Shown here: positions 22,155-32,495 of the stretch, piece by piece
Position numbering within the stretch: position 1 is the first letter of the stretch
Layout of the letters: every line of letters begins with the position of its first letter
NCBI GenBank assembly: GCA_002269645.1
Contig: NIVC01000010.1
Coordinates: 1,488,001 to 1,552,000, forward strand
Length of the DNA: 64,000 nt
Source of the DNA: Macrostomum lignano
Taxonomy: Eukaryota
Direction: 5' to 3'
Position numbers and translations under genes: made by a program
The notes under the pieces: model-generated
What the model was told of the DNA's origin: nothing
The model's input: only the letters and a program-made list of their open reading frames with translations
Database searches by the model: none

Positions 22155-23957
22155 CACCATTTTACCCTCGATTTTGAACAAGGAGAACTTCGAAACCGAC
22201 AAACTCCTCTTCAATATTGACACTCTATGGTCGGGCACTCAAAATCTACAATCAATATTGACAGATCAAGCTTCAATTTTGACAAACTCTGGTTCAATTT
22301 TGACAATGCACGTTTAGTCAACTTCTCCTGGGAGAATTCGGTAACAAAGTAATCCAATGAAAGCCTGAACGGGGCTGAAGTGAGCTGTGCAAAATCAGCT
22401 TATTCTGACTTTGCTTTTTGGATCTACAAGTATTGATAAAATTTATTTTTCTCCATCCTTTAGACACACAGACTAAAATAGCCTGACTGGTTGGGCTGCA
22501 AAGTCTGATTCTACGAGCGTATTTTGACAGAGTTGCTTCAAAACTGACACTCTATGGTTTGTGTACCCAAAAAGTCCGCTTCATTTTTGACAACTCCGAA
22601 TCAATATTGAACAGTTAACAATCAATTTTGACTAAGACATTTTTTGAAATAGATTTTGACAATTTTTACTAAGATTTCTCTCTTGAGGGGGGGGGTACTT
22701 GCTATTTGGGAGAAGGGGTACTGGCTGCATGTATCTACGTGTACATGTGTGGGAGTGTTTTTATCCAGGGATGCTTGCTATCTGGGTGGATGTTTGCTAC
22801 CTGGATGATGCTTGCTATCTGGGTGGATGTTTGCTATCTGGGTGGATGCTTGCTATCTGGGTGGATGTTTGCTATCTAGGTGGATGCTTGCTATCTGGGT
22901 GGATGTTTGCTATCTGGGTGGATGCTTGCTATCTGGGTGGATGTTTGCTATCTGGGTGGATGCTTGCTATCTGGGTGGATGTTTGCTATCTGGGTGGATG
23001 CTTGCTATCTGGGTGGATGTTTGCTATCTGGGTGGATGCTTGCTATCTGGGTGGATGTTTGCTATCTGGGTGGATGCTTGCTATCTGGGTGGATGTTTGC
23101 TATCTGGGTGGATGCTTCTATCTGAGGGATGCTTGCTATCTGCAGGATGCTTGCTATCTGGGTGTATGCTTGCTATCTGGGTGGATGCTTGCTATCTGGG
23201 GGATGCTTGCTATCTGGGTGGATGCTTGCTATCTGGGGGATGCTTGCTATCTGGGTGGATGCTTGCTATCTGGGTGGATGCTTGCTGTCTTGGGATGTTA
23301 AATGACCGGCCTTTTGCTAGAGTCCCTTGAGAGAGCAGGGACTCTAGCAAGCATCCCTAAATAGAAATATTCCCATACATGTACTCGTAGATACATGCAG
23401 CCAGTACCCCTTCTCCCAAATAGCAAGTACCCCCCCCTCAAGGTAAAAATTGTCAAAATCTATTTAAAAAAATGTCTTAGTCAAAATTGATTGTTAACTG
23501 TTCAATATTGATTCGGAGTTGTCAAAAATGAAGCGGACTTTTTGGGTACACAAACCATAGAGTGTCAGTTTTGAAGCAACTCTGTCAAAATACGCTCGTA
23601 GAATCAGACTTTGCAGCCCAACCAGTCAGGCTATTTTAGTCTGTGTGTCTAAAGGATGGAGAAAAATAAATTTTATCAATACTTGTAGATCCAAAAAGCA
23701 AAGTCAGAATAAGCTGATTTTGCACAGCTCACTTCAGCCCCGTTCAGGCTTTCATTGGATTACTTTGTTACCGAATTCTCCCAGGAGAAGTTGACTAAAC
23801 GTGCATTGTCAAAATTGAACCAGAGTTTGTCAAAATTGAAGCTTGATCTGTCAATATTGATTGTAGATTTTGAGTGCCCGACCATAGAGTGTCAATATTG
23901 AAGAGGAGTTTGTCAGTTTCGAAGTTCTCCTTGTTCAAAATCGAGGGTAAAATGGTG
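22155..23957. mobile_element. Foldback/MITE-like element with ~620-bp TIRs and TA flanks (Tc1/mariner-like)
   Basis: ta|caccattttaccctcga... (22153) and ...tcgagggtaaaatggtg|ta (23959); arms 22155-22780 and 23345-23957 are reverse complements. Confidence 0.85.
22768..23290. repeat. 19-bp minisatellite (tggatgYttgctatctggg) with alternating C/T variants
   Basis: Period 19 (tggatg at 22862, 22881, 22900, 22919). Confidence 0.95.
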
Positions 23958-25426
23958 TACAAGTCATTTATGAAACACCCCCTGGTCCGTAAGAAAAAAA
24001 CGTAAAGCAAAAGCGTTATCAGGAAGGCAGACATATTTTTAATACAAAATAACAAATAATCAAGACAGTAACAAAAAACAGTGATCAATAAATAATTAGC
24101 TTCAACCAAAGTTCATCGAATTTTTTACTACAATAACTTAAAAAACAGCACAACCTTCTCACCGTCAATCTCCACCTTGTCGACAGAACGTTTGTTTTTT
24201 CTCAGCAGGTGGTACAGCAGTATCCTGACCTGCTGTACCACCAAGCTATCCAAGAGGTTCGTCAATCTGTTGAGAGCTGGAGACAACCAAAGACGAAGAA
24301 GTTTTAGTACCCATCACTAAGGAGTCTCAGCCATAAGTCGAGCCTGCCTTCCAGATGTCGACGAGATGTCGTTTGTAAAATGTAGATCTTCGGCCATCAT
24401 TATTATTATCAAGCGGTCTCGTAGGTGTGTCATCCCTATTGACTCTTGTCGCATTTTGAGCTGGCTCCATATCCATAAATAATTTGGTCAAACGACAAAA
24501 ATCAATTTCGTCAAGATCGACGACGTATAGCACGAGTTGAAAAGTGGTTAAAGCCTACTCCATCTAGCTAGCTTGTGTGTGCCTTAAGTAATTTTCCAAT
24601 ACTGTACATTTGTCTATGGCATTTGAACTTTTGCTAATCGTCCTGCTCAGTGAAATCCATGCAGTGTTTGGCGTAAGTGAAGTTTTCATACTATGATGAC
24701 TGAGAGAGGACATGCAGTTACTACGTACCGTGACTGGTGGTTTGGAGTTTTGACTCAGCTGGGCTCTTTTCAACCAAGGAGTTCTATAATTAAAATCTGG
24801 ATTGGAACGCGTTTTTAACTTTTACCTCATGAGGCCAGACGAGCATACATGTAGATAGAGTCAGACAGAGGTATAGACATTAAATTCAGTGCTGGCTCCA
24901 TGCGGTGAAAGTTATCTTAACTATTTGCCTGGCCTCCCTCATGAGGTACCATTTAAAAGTGAAATACTCGTTTCCACTCCTCTTTGGCTAGATAGAACTA
25001 TATTATCGAACTCTTTGGCTAAACTCTAACTAAAAGCAAAAATCAACTCACTCTGAAGAATCAAAGCGCATCGTCTATGGTACATATCGAGCTTAAGGTC
25101 GAGCTTAATCGACCTTCATCCATGGGAAACTGTTGTACATTAAATAGTACATTAAATAGGACAGCCCTGCAGCTATGTCAAATAGTACGCTTTTTAAAGA
25201 AGCATTGTAAAAAATCAGCCTTTAGGATAATGCAATCGTCTATGGTTAAACCATGAGCACATTTATTTATTTTTTCACTTAAACTTCAGGATAATGATTT
25301 CAAACTCGGGATAATGGACGCCTATTTTTAGAACAAAACAGCAAACACCAACAACAAAAGATTAGCGCTATGGAAAGTTAATTGTGCAGTATCAATATGG
25401 CGCAATTGTCATAGTGCCGAAGACCA

Positions 25427-26150
25427 TTACAGATTGCAATTGTTGAAAGTGCAGTTGTTCATAATAAAGATATTCCGACCGTTCATCTGACGACCATCAG
25501 ACACGCTCACTGCTTCTTGCACGATGGAACTTTGGATGCTGATCTCAGCAGGCATTGTTACTTGACCGTGGGTCGCGGCGCTTTGTCCCATGTTCAACGC
25601 ACGTGACACTGCATCGCTGCATTGTTGCAGGGACTTGTCCCGTTTAACTGCCAGGTAGCGCCGGACCGTGCTCTCGGACTTTTGACCCGTGATAGCCATG
25701 ATCTCGCTCATCGAATGCCCAGCCGATTCCAGGTCTCAAGAAAGTGCAAGAAGTTCAAAAAGTCTTCGTTATCCTTCATGTCCTTCTGAGATGTGGAAAG
25801 TCTTGAGATCCAATTGAGTTCGCTGCTAGATACGTTGGCTAAACTTTCGACAGGCAGATTGCCCCAGTTGATCGGATATGACGTCTGGTTCTCCATGGCC
25901 AAGCGAATGTAGCTATTTACGTTTTATTCTCTCTTTCTCTCCACATCTCCTTCCTTTCCACCCTCTTAACCCCCAGCCTGTTTGCAACTTCGTTGTCTAT
26001 GGCCCAAACTCCAGTAAACCACCTCAGTATTTATGTCTCTCTCTCCTCGGTAACCCCTCTCTCCTTTCGATGCCCTTTTTGTCTATGGCCCCACTGAAAT
26101 TCAACAACGCTGTGCGCACTCATGAGCCGGACTATTATCATAAAGTCTCA
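25427..26150 (-). pseudogene. Crypton-like tyrosine recombinase remnant, copy B
   Basis: EFQWGHR (~26080)...DLESAGHSMSEIMAITGQKSESTVRRYL...FIMNNCTFNNCNL; the C-terminal NNCTF motif is typical of DUF3504/Crypton proteins. Confidence 0.75.
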
Positions 26151-26240
26151 CTTACGAATAACCAACCATTGTAACTATAGCCAGCATCGACCTCACTCAC
26201 TATATTTCTCCTCAAACTATAAGCTTTAACCTGCTAAGCT

Positions 26241-29200
26241 ATGACTTGCAATTTGTTTAAGATCAAGTACCTGCTACTGTTAGCAATTATTTCCAGTCTA
26301 GTTTTCACCTGGCAATTACGTTTGTTTCTTCCATCAAGAAAGTTAAAAATGGAATCACCTAAAACTATTTGTGAGAACTGTAGCAACGACACCTCTTCAC
26401 ACCCGAAGATGATAAACAAGCTGGATGTACAGCTGCCCACAGTGTGCCAGGATCTCGACTGCAAGGCTGCCTACCTCAAGCACCTGCCGCTGGCCAGCAG
26501 TTCGCATCGGACAGATGGCCATCCCATTCCTCCTATTCGACACCTGCTATGGATAAATGAATCTGTGTCCGCCTATTTCGCTGAGCAACTGAAAACCTGG
26601 CGTCGGGTGCACCCGGACTGGACTGTTGTGCTTTGGCGTGACCAAGACCTGGATCCTTTTGTGAAGAAGCATTTTCCCGAAGCTCTGCCGCGTTTCATGG
26701 AATTGGCGTCGCATACAATCATGCAGGTGGACATGGTCAGGTACATGCTGCTGTTCAAGGTATGGATAAACTCTTGACTAAAATTAGACATTATATGAGC
26801 ATTGCTACTTTTCTCAAGGTTAATACGATAGTTAGGTATAGTAGAAAATGAAAGTTTTAAGAATTTTTCAAGATGTAATACTGTATAGTGTGATCCAAAA
26901 GCCACATGTAAAATTAGACCCTTTTCGGTTGGCGCTAAAGCAGTTACGCAATAATTCATTAACACGCATTGTGATAACGAAATGCCGAACAGTTTAACAA
27001 ATAACTTTAATATTTTAGCAATACTAATCCGGGATAGTAGAGGTCGATAGTGGAATCTCGCGATTGATATTCGAGATTTAGACTTTTTTCTTGATCGAAT
27101 CTCAATTTAATAAAGTGCCGAGATTCCGAGAATCCGAGATAAAAAATAAAGTAAAGTAAAGAGCCTTAACTTGAAATACCAATCTTCTGAATATACGAGC
27201 ATAGGATCACCTAGGCCTCAATATAAACACATTGAATTCAACATGAATCGAATCAGTGCCAAAAAATCAACTCACTATAGTGTCACCCGTATTGAAAGGG
27301 ATTTAGCCGCGTTTCGATCTATCCGTGTTTATAAAAATGATGCACCCGAAAGTTTCCGTTCTGTTACGAATTAAAAGTTGGAATTTTTAACAAAACTTTG
27401 TTCAAAATTCAAATATTTAAAAAAGTTGTACAAAAAGAACTGCTATTTTTAGTTTTTAACTTTGTCTTTTTTGAATTTTTTTAGATATCTCGAAATCTCG
27501 ATTCCGTATCCTATCCCGTATCCTATCGTCAAAAATATCGAATGTCAAATATCTCGAAAATTGAATATCGCCCAACCCCTACTGGATGGTATTTAAGAAA
27601 CTGATGGGTTCGGCCTTTTTAAGCCTATAGCTTCGGGTCTCAGAACTCAGAAACGAATCACTTAGAACTCTGGCCTCTCACTCCTGTCAGATGGTCAGCC
27701 CCATGGTAGCGAGCAGCAAGGTCCTATAGCTAAGAGAAGACAGCGAGAGACAAGCAGGGAGAATTTGAAAGGTAGAAATTAGCTAACCCGCGGGTCAACT
27801 AACTCGCTGCCACCAGTCCGTGCGCCCCGGCTCACCAAACCGGAGCTATCGAAATCGGACTTCCGACTAGAGGGGCACTGCACTTACCTGCCATCTAGTG
27901 TCTTTTAGCTGTCTAAATCTCGAAGTCATAGCCGAATGGAAGGGACGCTGCTGGGACTAAGATCGCATTGGCCATGCAGGGACAGAGAGGACTTCTGCAG
28001 GGGGTTCTTGCGCTGGCGAGCCCCTATCTAAATATACTAAATTCCCAGAAGTACATGTATAAGTACACGTAACAGCACGCTTTCGGCACTAAATGTGTTA
28101 ACACGCCGACAGATAGCGATGATGTAGATGTATTGTTACCTTTGGAGACCTTCAGACTAATATTCATCTCGTTTTAACCGCTCAGCTGCCTGAGACCCGC
28201 GCGAAAGCGCCAGTCCGGCACTTAATTCGCATGCTTAACATAATGATTTCTTAGATCGACTCATTGACTGGGAACTGCGCCGCTTCCGGTCCACCGTGAC
28301 CTCTGCCTCTAGATTTAGCCGCTCATCTCAGCTGGCATTGCGAAAAAGAAAGAAAACGCTAAGTCTTTAACTTCCAGATTCAACTTTCTCACTTAATCCG
28401 CAATCCTAAACACCTTAGATCGAGTCAGAGCAAATGGCTACTTTTAATATTAACTGACACTTCTGCCTCGCGATTGGCACAAAAAAACAAGTAAGCAAAA
28501 GTGCAAATCCTATCAGACTACCTAGGAAGGGGTCAGACAAAGGGTGCACCCAGTTAAGCAGGTCAAGAAAGCCTCTCACCAAACCAATCAGAGGACCTAT
28601 CTGCCGGTGGCCAAGGAATCCACAGAGACCGAAGCGTTCAGATGGGATGCTGTTGCCGGTCTTGACTGACGATTGCCGCCGCTGCTCTTCGCTTGCCGAA
28701 AGTCGTTGCTGCTCTTAGATCACTGCCGGGAGATATTGATGATGCTTCTCAGGGGGACCTTAGCTGTTAAAGCCGAAACTGCCGGGGAAAGGGGGATCAG
28801 GCAGGACCAGAAGAGGACGTCCCGGAGCAGGGCAAACTCCACTCCTCCAACAGCGCTAAAAGCGGAAAAACACCGGCCTTTTCGAGCGCGGGTCGAGTTG
28901 CCGCCTTTTATAGCTCTCACGCGGCCGATTTGTTATAACGCACGCCGAATTTTCCGATTGGCTGAGAGCTTTTGTTAAAATAGGCGCCGAATTTTCTGAT
29001 TGGCTGAGCCGGAGGCAGTCAGGTCGACTCTGATTGGCTGGGCTCAAGACCCCAAAACCCACCCCACCAGGTGGCCTTCGGACCCCCGGGGGAGTTGACA
29101 GGTGCAGTCATAAATCATGAACAAAACGCAATAAAAGCCCCTTGTCTAGACATTCTGGCGCCAAAAGTGACAGCAAAACGCATATAAATCAAAGGAGAAA

Positions 29201-31469
29201 GTAACAGAGTGAGTGGGGAGAAAGCTGGAAGGACCTCTTTGACCCAGACAGGCTGGCGCCAAAAGTGACAGCTAGACGGCCATAAATCACGGGAAACAGT
29301 GAGAAATCCACAAATCAGGGGGTTAGAAAACACTTCTCCCAGACTTAGTGTCGCCTGTCTAGTTGGAGGTCAATCCGTCTCGAACCCAGACAGTCTGACC
29401 TTCAAAGGTGCGTAAACAATCCAAAATTAGGATCCTAAGCGAAGTACAGTAAGTTCCTAGGAAAATTAATAGTAAAGGCATAAATTAGTATAGAACTTAG
29501 ACTAGATGAGAGAATGGAGAGAAATCCCTAAGCTAGCCTACTGACAGTAGAGGAAAAGCGTATCGAAGCAAAATGTGCGGTTCCAAGATTGAAAAAGATG
29601 CGTCCTCATCAAAACCAGCATTTGTTTAAGGCTATTTTCAAGAGAGTTGCTCAAGCCTACCGTATTTTTATCAAAAATATTTTATCAAATTTACCATAAT
29701 ATAAACTGGCGATCCTACTTGCAGTACGGAGGCGTGTACGCAGACCTGGACTACAGTCTGATTGCCAGTCTGGACGACCACCGTCGCTTCTACGCCGTGG
29801 TGACCCGCGAGCCCGAAGCCCACTCGCTGCAGTATTTCAAATTCCAGTGGCCTCCAATAATATTGGCCAACCCGGCCTTCCTGATGGCCGCTCCCGGGCA
29901 CAGCTTCTATCGGCACTGCATCAACGAGCTTCGGACGGTGCCCTTCGCCAGGGGCAGGCCGCTTAGCTTTGCCGGCCCATTTGGCCTGACTGAAATACTG
30001 GAGCGGTACAATGCCGCATTTCCTGTGGCCAACAGTCCACTGGAGACTGTGTACATCCCGCCATCGTACAGCTTCTATCCCTATGAGGGCAACAAGTTAA
30101 ACACGTCGAACAGCGCCTATCTGCCTCTGCGACTGCATTCGCTGAGGAATTCTTGCAAACGAGTCAATCGAACTTGGCCTGAGCGGCTGCAAAAGTGAGA
30201 AAGGAATTTATGGCTGTTTTTGGTATTCGATGAGTTTCTAAACTAGTAGGTTTTAGAATTGGTGCTTGAGTAGATTTTACAATTGGTGCTTGAGTAGGTT
30301 TTAGAGTTGGTGCTTGAGTAGGTTTTAGAGTTGGTGCTTGAGTAGGTTTTAGAATTGGTGCTTGAGTAGATTTTAGAATTGGTGCTTGAGTAGATTTTAG
30401 AATTGGTGCTTGAGTAGGTTTTAGAACTGGTGCTTGAGTAGATTTTAGAATTGGTGCTTGAGTAGGTTTTAGAATTGGTGCTTGAGTAGATTTTAGAATT
30501 GGTGCTTGAGTAGATTTTAGAATTGGTGCTTGAGTAGGTTTTAGAATTGGTGCTTGAGTAGATTTTAGAATTGGTGCTTGAGTAGGTTTTAGAATTGGTG
30601 CTTGAGTAGATTTTAGAATTGGTGCTTGAGTAGATTTTAGAATTGGTGCTTGAGTAGATTTTAGAACTGGTGCTTGAGTAGGTTTTAGAATTGGTGCTTG
30701 AGTAGATTTTAGAATTGGTGCTTGAGTAGATTTTAGAACTGGTGCTTGAGTAGGTTTTAGAATTGGTGCTTGAGTAGATTTTAGAATTGGTGCTTGAGTA
30801 GATTTTAGAATTGGTGCTTGAGTAGGTTTTAGAGTTGGTGCTTGAGTAGGTTTTAGAGTTGGTGCTTGAGTAGGTTTTAGATTTGTTTCTGGAGTAGGTT
30901 TTATAAAGTTGGTGCTCTTATCTAAAAAAATTTCTGCTTTATATGCAGCCATACAAAGCGCATAGACTTTTACAAAAACGTTTTAGCAACTTCAGTTAGA
31001 TAACTTAATAATAACAATTGATTACACCTGCCATAATGGCCAGATGTGCAGCCGGCAGCTTAGCCGCAGCTCTTGCTTGAAGGCTGCGTACGGCTGTTCA
31101 GTCCAAGGCCTGGGGGGTCACCACACACCCTCAATTACCCCAGCTAATGCTGGCACCCATTTTACAGCTGGTGAATTGAAGCAATGCAGAGTTGAGTCTC
31201 GCGTACAGGCCTCGCACTAGGCTACAATTAACACTCACTAGCTTCTGCAAACTAACTTAATGAAGAATCGTCATCACCCAAGGTACTGCACTGACCCGAA
31301 TAACATGGACCCAGTCACTGACAAGACGCAACCCGTGATCGCCGTGCACGACTTGAAAAAGATTGGCGCAGTTTACGGTGGTGTGGGAACAAGCCTCTAC
31401 TTCCAGAATCTGACGCATCTCAGAAAGATGTTTGGTTCAAAACTACAGATTGGAGTGGAGTGGATTTGA
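26241..31469 (+). CDS. GT32 (DXD) glycosyltransferase, SUR1/OCH1-like, paralog 1
   Basis: Exons 26241-26759, 29725-30194, 31283-31469 (GT-AG, phases 0 and 2, frame consistent). N-terminal signal anchor LLLLAIISSLVF; motifs IPPIRH.LW, WRRVHPDW...LW.D, DMVRY.LL, YGGVYADLD. Confidence 0.88.
27040..27580. mobile_element. hAT-like MITE remnant
   Basis: The right end atatcgcccaacccta (27565-27580) resembles TAGGG.TGGGCGATAT hAT ends; there are inverted atatctcga/tcgagat subterminal repeats. The left end is degenerate. Confidence 0.4.
28905..29265 (-). promoter_or_regulatory. Promoter-like cluster (TATA + 3 CCAAT boxes + 2 E2F-like sites), antisense inside an intron
   Basis: ttttatag at 28906 (CTATAAAA on the minus strand); gattggctg at 28956, 28998 and 29032; ggcgccaaaa at 29157 and 29255. 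Confidence 0.5.
30240..30900. repeat. 24-bp minisatellite (ttttagaattggtgcttgagtagR)
   Basis: About 27 tandem copies in intron 2 of GT paralog 1. Confidence 0.95.
31006..31205 (-). mobile_element. tRNA-derived SINE family 1, headless copy
   Basis: Reverse complement of the body of 33516-33803 (gctggcacccattttacagctg, ggctgttcagtccaagg). Confidence 0.75.
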
Positions 31470-31892
31470 TCGCTTCAACAAGATTTGAACTACTTGGCAG
31501 ATGCTAATGAACAGGTAGACGCTGTGAAAGTGAAAAGTAACTAATTTGACACCAGCCCAGATCGAAGCAATATGCATATGTTTCAGTTTTGCAATTACTC
31601 TCTACCCCCACCTGTAATTATAAAGCAATATAAGCATGCCAGTGTGAGCTTTTGTGCAAAACTGGGCACCTGACAAAATCAAACTGTCGGAGAATTTTTT
31701 ATACATTAAACATTTTATCTGTTTTTTTTTATAAAAAAAGTACACACTAGACTGTGGAGGCTAATAATACTACGTAATAGTACGTAATAAAATTAATGAT
31801 AATAATAATATTTTAACACATAACTGCTGCGGGCCCCTTGAAAAATCAGCTTGAACTTGAGCTTGAGCAATTCTGTCCATTCCTCTGACTCC

Positions 31893-31893
31893 C

Positions 31894-31962
<69 letters not shown>

Positions 31963-31993
31963 TAGTGTCTGTCTTAGTGTCTGTCTGTCTGTG

Positions 31994-32058
<65 letters not shown>
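31893..32058. repeat. (TCTG)n microsatellite
   Basis: Directly visible. Confidence 0.98.
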
Positions 32059-32064
<6 letters not shown>

Positions 32065-32495
32065 TTGTCGAACTTTTTTTCAGTCTCACTACGCAGTATT
32101 TCCTTGGTTTCTTTCAGTGAGGTGGATCTGGATGTAGCTTTAACATTGCCTGGGCTTAGGAATCTGTAAAAAGGCAAGTAGGATTTTGGGAGAAAAAGCA
32201 AATCTCCTCTCTGTCTAGTCTAGGATTGAGTTTTATTGGCTGCTGCAACTCCACGGCAGACGTGGAACCCGATTTCCCTCACGGCTTAAATGTACGCGCA
32301 TAGCCCGACGATTCCGCCAACCAACTGGGGAAGCAAAGGGGAGGCAGCCAGTGCATGATTTTTTAGCCTATGGCGCTATAGATATACGCTTGTATGTACT
32401 CAGCTCAAGTTGAAAACTAAGCAATCATTCTCATGCTAAAATACAAACATTCAAGTCGAAATTTTTCTTAATAGCAAGCGTTCTGTCTACAGACG

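Noticed and set aside
22699-23330. Hydrophobic Cys/Trp-rich ORFs
   Set aside because: Translations of the 19-bp minisatellite.
31793-32201. QTDR-repeat ORFs
   Set aside because: Translations of the (TCTG)n microsatellite.
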